DNA from: an uncultured Cytophagia bacterium
Lineage (GTDB): Bacteria; Zhuqueibacterota; Zhuqueibacteria; Residuimicrobiales; Krinioviventaceae
Assembly (NCBI GenBank): GCA_964607755.1
Contig: CAZSMC010000018.1
Coordinates: 82 to 64,081 of the forward strand
Direction: 5' to 3'
Length of the DNA stretch: 64,000 bases
The notes beneath the pieces are model-generated. The model was not told where the DNA came from. It did no database searches and saw only the letters and a program-made list of their open reading frames with translations. Position 1 is the first letter of the stretch; each line of letters opens with the position of its first letter. Made by a program: the position numbers and the translations under genes. Below, one piece after another: positions 49,526 through 59,854 of the stretch.

Positions 49526-50713
49526 ATGGAAAGAGCGAGAACTTTGAAAAATTATGTGATTGTAATTACCACTATTCTCGGATTGCTGACTATGAATTTC
49601 TCATCTTCAAAAAACGTTAAAATTGCCACATTTAACATTAAAGAGTTGTCCACATCAAAATTAAAGAACGTCAATCAAAACGGCATTGGAAAAAACCGCC
49701 AGGTTCGGGCTGCAGCTAATATTATTCAGAACGTCAGGCCAGACATCCTTGTGATTAATGAAATCGATCACGAATACAGAGATGGACAGCATATTCCCGG
49801 AGCGAATGTGAAACGCTTTCTGGATCACTATTTGAGAACAGGCAAGCGCCCGATCGATTATGCATATTATTTTGCTGCGCCGTGTAATACCGGCATTTTA
49901 GCTGGCAGTGATCTTGATAATGACGGCACTGTCGCGACGGCAAAAGATGAAAACACGCGAGCGCACGGCGGTGACGCTTATGGTTATGGCGAGTACCCCG
50001 GACAGTATTCCATGGCGCTACTGTCAAAGTATCCCATAGAAACATCAAAAACGCGAACCTTTCAGACTTTTCTGTGGAGAGACTTGCCCGGAAATCATTT
50101 ACCGATGTTCTTTTATTCTGCAGAGGAGATTCGTAAACTCCGGCTTTCAAGCAAATCGCACTGGGATGTGCGGATAAACATTGATGGCCGGCCCTTGCAT
50201 GTGTTTGTCTCCCACCCTACCCCGCCAGTCTTTGACGGCGAGGAAGACCGCAACGGCCGGCGCAATTTCGATGAGATCAAATTCTGGCGACATTATATCG
50301 AAAATGATTCTATGTTGTATGACGACAGCGGCAAAAAAGGCGGCTATCAGAGCGGCGAGCCATTCATTATTGCCGGAGATCTGAACGCTTCACCACGGGA
50401 CAAGAGAACCTACGACGGGCAGAATCCCATTGGTCAGCTCTTGAACCATTCGCAGGTTCAGGACACCAGTCCGATAATGACCAGCACGGGCGCTGTAGGG
50501 GCTGGCAAAAAAGGGCCGCCGCAGTATGACGAACGCAGCACGGCAAAATTTGGTAAGCGCCTCACCCAGGTTGATTATCTTTTGCCCAGCAAAAATATCA
50601 CTATCTTAAAAGGCGGTATCTTTTGGCCGTCAGAGAGCGAGGATCCCCTGGGTCATCGCTGGGCTGTCACTGCTTCGGACCACCGTCTGCTGTGGATGAA
50701 AATAAAATGGTGA
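49526..50713 (+). CDS. Secreted endonuclease/exonuclease/phosphatase (EEP) family protein.
   Basis: A signal peptide is followed by ATFNIKEL (N-terminal Asn motif), IAGDLNASP and SDHRLLWMKI (C-terminal His), the EEP catalytic signature. Confidence 0.65.
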   Translation: MERARTLKNYVIVITTILGLLTMNFSSSKNVKIATFNIKELSTSKLKNVNQNGIGKNRQVRAAANIIQNVRPDILVINEIDHEYRDGQHIPGANVKRFLDHYLRTGKRPIDYAYYFAAPCNTGILAGSDLDNDGTVATAKDENTRAHGGDAYGYGEYPGQYSMALLSKYPIETSKTRTFQTFLWRDLPGNHLPMFFYSAEEIRKLRLSSKSHWDVRINIDGRPLHVFVSHPTPPVFDGEEDRNGRRNFDEIKFWRHYIENDSMLYDDSGKKGGYQSGEPFIIAGDLNASPRDKRTYDGQNPIGQLLNHSQVQDTSPIMTSTGAVGAGKKGPPQYDERSTAKFGKRLTQVDYLLPSKNITILKGGIFWPSESEDPLGHRWAVTASDHRLLWMKIKW

Positions 50714-50790
50714 TTGATATGCCATTTATCTCTGCACAAGATGGTGTTTTTTTCAAATCAGAAATAATTCACGCGAATCGAACACCTTTC

Positions 50791-50941
50791 GAGCCTGTCG
50801 AAAAAACCATAGTCCTCAACAAGGGATCTCTTAAGAATTTGAACATTATTGCAAATCATAGATTAATTGCAAATCACGCAATTTTATTGTTTCCAGGAGC
50901 GACCCCTTATTAGGACTGACGTTAAGTTTTTCGACAAGCTC
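50791..50941 (+). repeat. Repeat family B, copy A (nested inverted-repeat element, ~150 bp).
   Basis: Outer inverted termini GAGCCTGTCGAAAAA...TTTTTCGACAAGCTC enclose a middle inverted repeat (CAACAAGGG...CCCCTTATTAGG) and a central hairpin AATTGC-n7-GCAATT. It is about 80% identical to 54773-54927 in the same orientation. It abuts the stop codon of the DUF5916 gene. Confidence 0.8.
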
Positions 50942-50942
50942 T

Positions 50943-53144
50943 TCAAATCTGCCATAAATAAGTCAGTTTCATCATAAAAATTCGATCAATGGGTTCGTGC
51001 ACTAATGTGTTCCGGGTCTCATTATACACCAGATACAAATGGCTGCGCGGGCGGTACGCCCAATCAACGAGGATGTTGCCGGAAAAGCGGTTGTCTGCCG
51101 AATTCCATTGCAAATAAGCTTTGGTGAAAAAATCCGGGGTAAAGGCGTAGGTCCAGCGTGTGGACAGCACATGCGAATCCAGATTGCCGTTTTGCAGATC
51201 AAGATGATTAAACGTATAAGACAGATCGACATTCAGATGATTAGAAACTTTGGCCGAACCAGTCGCCATAACAGACTGTTGGGTACCGTCGAACAATTCA
51301 CCCCATTCCATGCTGACTCTGCCATGGACCGGCCGCCCCCGGTATGCCGAAAACTCAAGCTCCTGTAACCAGGTCTCGTAAACGCCGGCATCGATGCGGA
51401 TGTCGCGGATATACGCATCTCTGGGCACAAATTCGTACGAACGCACCACGCCTATTTCGATCTCATCGCCCTTGCGAAAAACAACTGATGCCGAAAGCGG
51501 CACATCCCGGGTCTTAAGGGTCTGGTGATGATCGGTAATATAGGCGACGCCTGATGAAAACGCGATGTTTTGGATATGCCCCTTGTTAATCCATTTCGTC
51601 AAGGTGATATCGCTGTCCAGGCTGCGAATATTGGAGCGTCGCACAAATCCCATTTGCGGATTAAACAGCGAATCGATGTGAGTATAACGCACATCCACAT
51701 CAAGCCATTCTTTGTTAAAAACAATGCCAACGTCTCCGGCCATGTCATTTCCATTCACATGCGGAGCAAACGACCGCGCCGCCGACGCGTCAAGGCGCAA
51801 GTCTTGCGTCACATTCCACAAGCCGTCAACGCCCACAGCGCGCGAATAATCATCCGATGTCGCGCTCTGGTTCAGCAGCATCATGCCGAGATGCGAATCA
51901 TTGGAAATATCTCTTTTCACCCGAACAGCAGTGTAATTGGTGGATTCCATGACCGTGCCGTCGCGCAGTGTAATTTTTTCACTCTGCATGTTAAGAGCAG
52001 CAATCGAGTACTTGCCAACACGGCCAGTCAATTTTCCGCCGCCAAGCAAGGGTACCCGCTGCCGGTCCTGAATGCCTATAGAGCGCGAATCGAACAACAT
52101 AAAATTGGATTGGGTGCGCGATCCGGGACCGAACTGAAACAGTCCGGCATTCTGCAAAAAGAAATCGCGTTTTTCCTGCCGGCGAATATTAAAGCGCGTC
52201 ACGTTGACGATCTCTTCATCTGCCTCTGCCTGGGCAAAATCAGTTTTATAAGTCAAATCTAACGCCAGTTGCGAGGTAATGTCGTATTTAAAATCGACAC
52301 CTGCATGCGTCTGGGTGCGGCGCTCGCTATGATCGCCATAAATATTGGTTTGGCCGGCCAGCGCGTACGGCGACACCTCGAAATCGAGTCCCGGCTTTGG
52401 CGGCCGGATATTGCGCAACTGGCCCCACAATTCACCGCGAAATTTGGCGCGGTGACCCCACTCGCGCGGTATTGGTGCCAGATAAGTTTCTTCATTACGG
52501 TGGACAATCTCGCGCGAAATGTTGATATTCCAATCGACTAGCTCGCCTTTTTTATATTTCAACGATTTGAACGGAATGGCAAACTCGGCTGCCCAACCCT
52601 CGTCGTTATAAGCACCGTCCATGTAAACCACAGCTTCCCACTCTTTGTTGATGTGATTGCCGCGGTCGCTAATGATGGCGTCGCCTTTACCGCCCAGCGG
52701 ATTGGTATCGAACGAATAGCAATTGCGGTTGTCCTGAAAGGTATCGAGCAGCAACTCCACCACATCGCCACTGCCATAAGTCTTGTCCCGTCGCATGGCA
52801 GAGGCAAAAATCTTGTCTGGCTCCGAATCATAACATTGAATGCCAAAATAGAGCATTTTCTCATCCTGCAGCGCCATGACTTTGGTTTTCTGGGTCGACG
52901 GCTCACGGTCCAGCGGTTCTCGCTGGTAAAAGTAACCTTCGTAGGGTTTGGCGTCTTTCCAGGCAGCGTCATCCAGAACGCCGTCAATTTTAATGTCCTT
53001 TTCAGTCCAGGTGACAAAAATATCCGGCTTGACATAATATGACGTGTCAGCTTGAGTGGACTGGGATGTTGCTTGTGCAATCGTTAAAAATGGTAAAGGG
53101 ATAAGAATTAAAAAAAGTGTGAGTTTGAGAAGGCGAATTTTCAT
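50943..53144 (-). CDS. DUF5916 / CBM9-like domain outer-membrane-associated protein.
   Basis: A signal peptide is followed by an N-terminal CBM9-like region (IKIDGVLDDAAWKDA) and a long beta-rich C-terminal region typical of DUF5916 proteins. Confidence 0.5.
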   Translation of the reverse strand: MKIRLLKLTLFLILIPLPFLTIAQATSQSTQADTSYYVKPDIFVTWTEKDIKIDGVLDDAAWKDAKPYEGYFYQREPLDREPSTQKTKVMALQDEKMLYFGIQCYDSEPDKIFASAMRRDKTYGSGDVVELLLDTFQDNRNCYSFDTNPLGGKGDAIISDRGNHINKEWEAVVYMDGAYNDEGWAAEFAIPFKSLKYKKGELVDWNINISREIVHRNEETYLAPIPREWGHRAKFRGELWGQLRNIRPPKPGLDFEVSPYALAGQTNIYGDHSERRTQTHAGVDFKYDITSQLALDLTYKTDFAQAEADEEIVNVTRFNIRRQEKRDFFLQNAGLFQFGPGSRTQSNFMLFDSRSIGIQDRQRVPLLGGGKLTGRVGKYSIAALNMQSEKITLRDGTVMESTNYTAVRVKRDISNDSHLGMMLLNQSATSDDYSRAVGVDGLWNVTQDLRLDASAARSFAPHVNGNDMAGDVGIVFNKEWLDVDVRYTHIDSLFNPQMGFVRRSNIRSLDSDITLTKWINKGHIQNIAFSSGVAYITDHHQTLKTRDVPLSASVVFRKGDEIEIGVVRSYEFVPRDAYIRDIRIDAGVYETWLQELEFSAYRGRPVHGRVSMEWGELFDGTQQSVMATGSAKVSNHLNVDLSYTFNHLDLQNGNLDSHVLSTRWTYAFTPDFFTKAYLQWNSADNRFSGNILVDWAYRPRSHLYLVYNETRNTLVHEPIDRIFMMKLTYLWQI

Positions 53145-53727
53145 AGCAGAACTCCTTGATGCAATCAAAAAACAGCCATCAATTTTGTGATGGACTGCGT
53201 CAGGGTAAACAAGCGTGTATAATTTTAAATAAACTCAAAGTTATATTTGTTTTCAAAAAATGTAAAGTGTTTTTTTCGTTAATGAGGCATATTAAAATAG
53301 TTTCCATTAGTCGTCGTTTTGGTTAACCAGACGGACAGACTTTATACATTGTTCTCCAAAATCAGGAAAAGTTGCCTGGATTCCCTGAAAAAAAATGACA
53401 TAACCCGATTATCCTGAATAATTCAAAAAACCAACGAGAGCACCAAGCACAAGAAGAACAATAGCTTATCTATGGCGCTGAAATTTTACTAAATTTCTTA
53501 AGAGTTTGTTCATTATAAATTATGTTTTTTATGGCTTCGTGCTCTTCGCGTGCTCTGTGGTGAATAATACAGGTTATTTGCGGTCGCTATTGAAATAGAA
53601 TCCAATCTGGAGAAAACAGCCCGAGGATCACAACACGATTTGATGTTATTTTTGAGATGTCGTGCCAAACGTGGACGCTTGATCCGCATGGGGAAATGCA
53701 AATTGTTGCTTGAAAATTTTATAAATT

Positions 53728-54720
53728 TCAGATTTGCGGTTTCATCACTTTGGCGCCAATTTCCGACAGGGCAGACTTTAATTTTTGGAACATTTTTTCA
53801 TCCTCGTAGGTACCGACAATCGCCCCGCCAGAACCGGAGAATTTTGCGCTGGCACCGACAGACCGTGCCACATCAACCATTTCCAGGTTCATCCGGCTGA
53901 TCGGAAAAATCTCTCGTCGTTTGTCAAAATTCTCGTTCATTATTTTGCCTAACTTTTCAGGTTGTTGCGAAAGCAGGCAATCTTTGGCAAGCTCAGCACG
54001 CTCGGCAAAGTATTTCATCGCATCGACTACTTTTTGTTCACCGGCTTCAAACCGGCCGCGCAGTTTGCCGTGGGCAATCCCCGAAGTTTCGCTCAAATCA
54101 GCAAGATAGGCCACGTAAATAGACGGCAACAAGTTGGGATCTATGGGTTCGTACGTGCCATAACCCTGTCTATCAATCAAATTTTTGTTAAAATCCATAT
54201 ACACCAGACCCTCATATACCTGTGCCACACGGTCCTGCAATCCCGCGGAAATTCGAAGTTCATCTGTTTCCACACTGAGGATTAAATTGGGAAGCAATGG
54301 TTTGGGAATTTCAACCCCGTAGAATGTCATCAATGCTCTGATGGTTGCGGTAACAATGGCGCTCGAACCAGCCAGGCCCACCTGCACCGGAATGTTTGAC
54401 GTGTAACGCACGGTAAAATTGCGGTTGTCGAGAACAATGCCTTTGTCCTGACAATAGTCATAAAACTTTTTTGCCGCTGCTTTGATCAATCGAATGCCGC
54501 CGTAATAGCCGTGGAAATTGACATCCTTGACCAGAGACTCCAGATCCGTGAAATACGAGTGATCGCGTTCGTCAGGAAGGATCTCCAGGTCCGGTGTTTC
54601 GTACATGGTCACTTCAGCATAATAATTCCGGAATGTAACAGAAAGTGTTTTACCAAAATATCCGTCCGACGGATTCCCGGCCAATCCAGCGCGGGTATAA
54701 GCTTTTGTGCGAACAATCAT
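53728..54720 (-). CDS. GHMP-family sugar kinase.
   Basis: It has the ATP-binding motif PVQVGLAGSSAIVTA (GHMP motif II) and the C-terminal GHMP domain (KFSGSGGAIVG). It is adjacent to a carbamoyltransferase. Confidence 0.7.
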   Translation of the reverse strand: MIVRTKAYTRAGLAGNPSDGYFGKTLSVTFRNYYAEVTMYETPDLEILPDERDHSYFTDLESLVKDVNFHGYYGGIRLIKAAAKKFYDYCQDKGIVLDNRNFTVRYTSNIPVQVGLAGSSAIVTATIRALMTFYGVEIPKPLLPNLILSVETDELRISAGLQDRVAQVYEGLVYMDFNKNLIDRQGYGTYEPIDPNLLPSIYVAYLADLSETSGIAHGKLRGRFEAGEQKVVDAMKYFAERAELAKDCLLSQQPEKLGKIMNENFDKRREIFPISRMNLEMVDVARSVGASAKFSGSGGAIVGTYEDEKMFQKLKSALSEIGAKVMKPQI

Positions 54721-54772
54721 GTTTATATCCTGTTATTTAAGGTGACATAATTCAATTTGTAGCACACCTGAA

Positions 54773-54927
54773 GAGCTTGTCGAAAAAGCCAAAGCTCGTC
54801 CCCAACAAGGGGTCGCTTTAGGATTTGGACAATATTATAAATCTTTGATTAATTGCAAACTAGGCAATTTTATTATTCCCGGGAGCGACCCCTTGTTAGG
54901 ATCGATGTTAAGTTTTTCGACACACTC
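54773..54927 (+). repeat. Repeat family B, copy B.
   Basis: Outer termini GAGCTTGTCGAAAAAG...TTTTTCGACACACTC enclose the middle inverted repeat CAACAAGGGGTCG/CGACCCCTTGTTAG and the central AATTGC-n7-GCAATT hairpin. The stems are conserved while the loop differs from copy A. Confidence 0.8.
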
Positions 54928-54965
54928 GAAAGGTGTACTAAAAAAATATCCTGGTTACTCTCTTT

Positions 54966-56714
54966 TCAGTCATTTTCTTCAGTCTTGCGGACAACAAAAT
55001 TCTCGATAACAAGTTCATCCATTGGCGTATCCAAAAGTATTTTTATCGCTTCTGCTGGTTCGTGCACGATTGGCTGATTGTGTACATTAAAGCTAGTATT
55101 CAAAACCATGGGGGAGCTGGTCAACTCATAAAAATGCTCCAGCAATTCCCGGAACGGTCTGAAAAATGATTTATCTACAGACTGGGCGCGGGCGGTATAA
55201 TTCCGGTGCAGAACCGCAGGCAGCACATTCTTGCGTTCTGCGCGGATCGAGTACACCCGCGTCATAAAAGGATTATTTTCGAAATCGATGAAATACTCGC
55301 TGCCGTGCTCGGCAAGACAACTGGGAGCGATCGGCACCCATGTTTCGCGCCGCTTGACAAACTTGTTAATCCGGTTGTGAATAACCCAGCTTTTAGGATG
55401 ACCCAAAATACATCTGTGCCCCAGGGCACGGGGGCCATATTCTTCCCTGCCCTGAAACCAACCAACAATCTTATACTCTGCCAACCGGGAAGCCGCGTAG
55501 CGTCCCGGGGATTCGTTTAATTTTTTATATGAAATCCGGTCAGAAAAAATAGAAATTGTCTTTTCAATAGCATGGTCGTCAAATTCAACACCCAGTCCCG
55601 TATCCCTGGTGTTCACACGCGGCGGCGAACCGGTTTGCTGTCTATGAGCTTCGATCATGGCACCGATTGTGGTTGATCCGTCACCAGTATGCGGATGGGC
55701 AAAAATCCGGTCGACATGTTCCAATTCAGCCAACTTTTTATTGATCTGTACATTAAGAAAAGTACCGCCTGAAAGCACTAATGAACGTGCCGGATACTTT
55801 TCTAATAAATAAGAGACAAAAGCGACGATATTTTCTTCCCAGATGCGTTGAGCGGCAGCAGCGAGGTCTTCTGGCCGGTAATGGTCCAGCAACCGCCGGA
55901 GCCGCTGCCCGCTGCGCGTGCCTAAAAATGCATTGCGCCGTGGTGTCATGATATAATCTATCCAGTGCGAATATGGCTGCCACGAACCGTTTTCAAACGT
56001 GGTAGTCAACGACCTGATTTCATCGTAACACAATCCCGGATCGCCTAATGCTGCCAGGCCCATAGTTTTGCCTTCCTGCTGCATATAAGCAAAACCCAGA
56101 GCCACGGTAATGCCTGAATACCAGCATCCGGCAGCAGGCATAGGAATGTCTTCGCAAAATGTGATCTGATCGCCTTTGCACTGATAAACGGCACCGGCTA
56201 CGTTTCGGCCTGAAATATGCGGTGCAAATCCGCCATAACTGATGGCAAGGGCATCATCAAAATCGCTGGAAAAATAACCAGCAGACACGTGGGCAAGATG
56301 GTGATCTACAAAGCGGAATTTCTCAGGCGGAACGCCGCGCTCAAACAAGCCATTTGTATTTTTGGGATCAAACAGGCCTTTTTTAATGTTCGGGAACAGG
56401 TACTTGAACAATTGTTCCGGTTTCCGGACAAGCACTCCTGCAACCGAGCGCGGCATATCCCAGAAACTGTTCGCCATGAGACTGGCATAATAATGTGCCG
56501 GCGGATAGCCGCAAGCAAAGAGATCAATATCCTGCAAGGTGAGATTGGCCCAGGACAACACTTCTTCCAGCGCTTCCTCAGGAAAACGCGGATCATTTTT
56601 AATCCGGCTGAGCCGTTCCTGGGAGAGCGCAAACCTCAGCTCGCCATCCTGTAATAATGCCACACAACTGTGGCTGTGATTTCCAGTGACATCACTGATT
56701 CCTAATATATTCAC
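54966..56714 (-). CDS. NodU/CmcH-family carbamoyltransferase.
   Basis: It has the N-terminal MNILGISDVTGNHSHSCVALLQDGEL (ASKHA-like fold) and the C-terminal carbamoyltransferase domain, at 582 aa. Confidence 0.75.
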   Translation of the reverse strand: MNILGISDVTGNHSHSCVALLQDGELRFALSQERLSRIKNDPRFPEEALEEVLSWANLTLQDIDLFACGYPPAHYYASLMANSFWDMPRSVAGVLVRKPEQLFKYLFPNIKKGLFDPKNTNGLFERGVPPEKFRFVDHHLAHVSAGYFSSDFDDALAISYGGFAPHISGRNVAGAVYQCKGDQITFCEDIPMPAAGCWYSGITVALGFAYMQQEGKTMGLAALGDPGLCYDEIRSLTTTFENGSWQPYSHWIDYIMTPRRNAFLGTRSGQRLRRLLDHYRPEDLAAAAQRIWEENIVAFVSYLLEKYPARSLVLSGGTFLNVQINKKLAELEHVDRIFAHPHTGDGSTTIGAMIEAHRQQTGSPPRVNTRDTGLGVEFDDHAIEKTISIFSDRISYKKLNESPGRYAASRLAEYKIVGWFQGREEYGPRALGHRCILGHPKSWVIHNRINKFVKRRETWVPIAPSCLAEHGSEYFIDFENNPFMTRVYSIRAERKNVLPAVLHRNYTARAQSVDKSFFRPFRELLEHFYELTSSPMVLNTSFNVHNQPIVHEPAEAIKILLDTPMDELVIENFVVRKTEEND

Positions 56715-56952
56715 TTTATTGCTTCCGTATTTGTCTAATGAGAAAATTTATAATACGTACCCAAAGTCAGAACGTAATGCAGATAAAAGATTCGTTTTCA
56801 TAAATTAGATTACTCTCTGATAATCAGGGATATAGCAGCGGTAAAAGATATTTAATCCCTGTGGATTTGTAAAATGTGATTGATGTGCGGTAAAAGACAT
56901 TCGGATTCCTTGAAATTTTGAAAAATAAAAGTACAAACTTTACATTGTTTTC

Positions 56953-57180
56953 GCAAGCATAACATTACAGTATTCGTAAAAGCTAACTGGTGGGAGAAAA
57001 TCTTTGCAGCATTACAAAAGTGGGCTAAAGCCCGTTATATTAAGAGGTCATCTTTAACCCTGAGCTAAAGCTTGGGGCAATATTATAGCCCCGACTTTTA
57101 AGTCGGGGTTATTATTGAGATTCTTTAATAGGCACTTTAGTGCCCAAATATTAAAACTCCCACCCAAGACTGAGCTTTTT
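56953..57180 (+). repeat. Repeat family A, copy 2.
   Basis: It is homologous to 40842-41078. Its hairpin substitutions retain pairing only if G-U wobbles are allowed (CCCTGAGC/GCTTGGGG; AGCCCCGACTT/AAGTCGGGGTT). It lies about 215 bp upstream of the 57395 gene. Confidence 0.85.
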
Positions 57181-57394
57181 CCAGTATTCTTATTACCACG
57201 GTTACCGGTGGATAATGCAGATGCCTAATATGTGTTTATTTTGATAATTATTTGTTTCATGTTGAATAGTAAATAATTGTTTGTTATCTAATCCGGGTTG
57301 TGTAAATTTACAATTTTAAAATTCGAAAAGGCTTTGGCATATTGTGTGCAACCAAAAGTGGAAAAGACAAGATTTACGGAAAAAGCATCAACTC

Positions 57395-59785
57395 ATGAAA
57401 ATACATTTTACCATTCTTTTGTATTCTCTTTTTCTGCCAGGTGTCTTAACCGGCGAGATGAACGGCCTGATTACAGACGACGTTCTTTTTCCGCCGGATT
57501 ATAACAATCTGGCGCCTCCGGAACAGGTGGGCAGCACCTATGACGATCCGGTGTTCGGCACTACCATTAAACGGCTGACCAAATGTGATGACATTGCAGG
57601 TGATGTCCTCGGCGGCTATTTTGTCAACAGCGAGATTTGTTACTTTAACTACAACGGCAGTTACTTTATCGCCCAGGAAAATGATACCATTGACTCACCC
57701 ACCGGTGAATATCTGATCAGCACGTTTTTGTTCGATGGCCAGACCGGAGAACGCTTGAAATACATTGGCCGCGGTTCTATTCGTAACTGGTGGATTCGCT
57801 GGGCCATTTCAGATCACTATACTCTCAATGGAGAAACCGTCTATTTTGACCCGGTCTATCATTTTTATGCCTACAAACTCAATGAAATCCGCTTGTACGA
57901 TGTTCGCGATATGAGTTACGTCCTTCTTCACACTTTTGACGAGTACACTGGACTCAACCCTGCCGGCGGCGAAGGCGATCTCTCGGACGACGGCCGGTTT
58001 TGGGTGCTCAGCGGCGATGAACAAGACCTGTTCGTTTACGATCTGGTCAATGATGTCAAATACCCGACCACGCCCTTTGACATTGGCAACCTGGGCTGTC
58101 ACGGCGGACCTGGTGTGGATTACGCAACCATGTCCCCTGGTGGCGATTATGTCATCGTGGCATGGGGCACAACACCAGCCTTAAACGAACAATATCACGG
58201 CATCGAAGTGTATGATAAAAACTGGAACTATATCCGGCAACTGTATCCCGGAATTGTTCACTGGGAAGTAGGCATAGATTACTTTGGCAATGAAGTCATT
58301 TACACCGCTGCCGGATATGATTTCACCGAAATCTACGAACCGTACGGTATCACCCCAAGCGACCTCATCTCTATCAACATTAAAGACGGGTCCATGCGCT
58401 TGCTCAAAAAAATCGACAAATGGGCTCATCTGATGTTTTCTTCGAGAAACATGCACAGTCCGGAGTATGCGTACGTTTCTTATGAAGACCGCTACGAAAG
58501 CGTTGGTGAATGGTATCCGTTTTGGGGGGAAATTATAGAAGTGCCGACTGATGGGTCACAAGCAGTCCGGCGTCTGTTGCATCACCGGGCATGGAAAAAT
58601 GGCGACGAGATCGATAAATATTACCAACCGGACATCAATGTAAACCGCCAGGGTACAAAGATGATGTATCGTAGCAATTATATCAACCAAATTGGTGATC
58701 TTTATTTTTTCGATATCGGTGAACGAAATGATCATTTGAAAGATTCCGGTCTGATTGATGGTCCGGGGTCGTATTCGTTTCTGCCAGAGGCTGCCGGAAC
58801 ACAAGGTCACCAGATAGATGCTGAGTGGATAAAAGTAACCGGTAGTGGGGAGATCATTGTAGAAGAATTCGTCCGGCCGCCGTTCGAGCCGGTATCGCCA
58901 AACCATATCAACTGCCGGTGGAAAATGACTGCCGCTCAAACGTTATCAAATCAACAGATTCGCTTGACATTTCATTACACAGACAACGATGTTTCCGGCT
59001 TGAATGAAAATGACCTGCGTATGTACCGCTACAGCGGCGAAACCTGGCAGTACGTGGGCGGTGTCATCAATGCTGATGAAAACACAATTACAATTTCCAC
59101 AGATTCTTTGGGCGAATTTGCCATCTTTGAACACGAGTATCCAACGATAACGGTCAAAGTGATTCTGGAAGGTTTATATCATGCAGATAGCCTGACAATG
59201 CATTCATCCTGGCAAGAGTCCGGGGAGTTGCCAGCGCGTGCTCCGTATGCGGATCAGCGGCTGAAAACGTTGAATCCTGACAACGTGGTGGACTGGGTTT
59301 CACTCGAATTGCGCGCACAGGCAGGCGGTCCGGCTGTTTTCCAGCGCTCTTTCCTGTTGCGCAAAGACGGATATCTCTCCGAGCCGGACGGGCACACCAC
59401 AGAACTCACACTGCCAAACGTGCCTGGCGGCAATTATTATCTTTTAATTCGTCATCGGGCTCATATTAATGTCATGAACGCTGATATGCTTTCACTTTCA
59501 CCCACCACAACGGCATCGTGGGATTTCACATCCGGGGGGCAGACATGTTACGGCACATCTCAGTTGAAACAAGTAGCCGAAAATACATGGGCTGTGCTGG
59601 GTGGGGATTTTAATCAAGACCACAAAATCACAACACAGGATGCGGTTCTCTATCAGAACAGCAAAAATAACGGCGCTGTGACATACAGTGTGTGCGATGT
59701 GAATGGAGATGGTGCTATCGACCAGAACGATTTTAATATCTGGCATCAAAATGCGCGGGACGGCGGAATGTCAAATGTGCCCTGA
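57395..59785 (+). CDS. Secreted beta-propeller-like hypothetical protein with a C-terminal dockerin-like module.
   Basis: It has a signal peptide (MKIHFTILLYSLFLPGVLTG) and an unassigned N-terminal ~550 aa. Its C-terminal ~200 aa are homologous to the C-terminus of the 41182 gene, including a Ca-binding repeat DVNGDGAIDQNDFNIW. Confidence 0.5.
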   Translation: MKIHFTILLYSLFLPGVLTGEMNGLITDDVLFPPDYNNLAPPEQVGSTYDDPVFGTTIKRLTKCDDIAGDVLGGYFVNSEICYFNYNGSYFIAQENDTIDSPTGEYLISTFLFDGQTGERLKYIGRGSIRNWWIRWAISDHYTLNGETVYFDPVYHFYAYKLNEIRLYDVRDMSYVLLHTFDEYTGLNPAGGEGDLSDDGRFWVLSGDEQDLFVYDLVNDVKYPTTPFDIGNLGCHGGPGVDYATMSPGGDYVIVAWGTTPALNEQYHGIEVYDKNWNYIRQLYPGIVHWEVGIDYFGNEVIYTAAGYDFTEIYEPYGITPSDLISINIKDGSMRLLKKIDKWAHLMFSSRNMHSPEYAYVSYEDRYESVGEWYPFWGEIIEVPTDGSQAVRRLLHHRAWKNGDEIDKYYQPDINVNRQGTKMMYRSNYINQIGDLYFFDIGERNDHLKDSGLIDGPGSYSFLPEAAGTQGHQIDAEWIKVTGSGEIIVEEFVRPPFEPVSPNHINCRWKMTAAQTLSNQQIRLTFHYTDNDVSGLNENDLRMYRYSGETWQYVGGVINADENTITISTDSLGEFAIFEHEYPTITVKVILEGLYHADSLTMHSSWQESGELPARAPYADQRLKTLNPDNVVDWVSLELRAQAGGPAVFQRSFLLRKDGYLSEPDGHTTELTLPNVPGGNYYLLIRHRAHINVMNADMLSLSPTTTASWDFTSGGQTCYGTSQLKQVAENTWAVLGGDFNQDHKITTQDAVLYQNSKNNGAVTYSVCDVNGDGAIDQNDFNIWHQNARDGGMSNVP

Positions 59786-59854
59786 CCGTTTCAATTAGTG
59801 ATGAATGTGATCATTTTTCCATATACGGTATCTCGAGAAACCTGACAACTTGTT

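Noticed and set aside
53640-53900. An 86-aa + strand ORF (53640-53900) in and beyond the 53169-53727 gap.
   Set aside because: It is Arg-rich and low-complexity, and it overlaps the well-supported GHMP kinase on the opposite strand.
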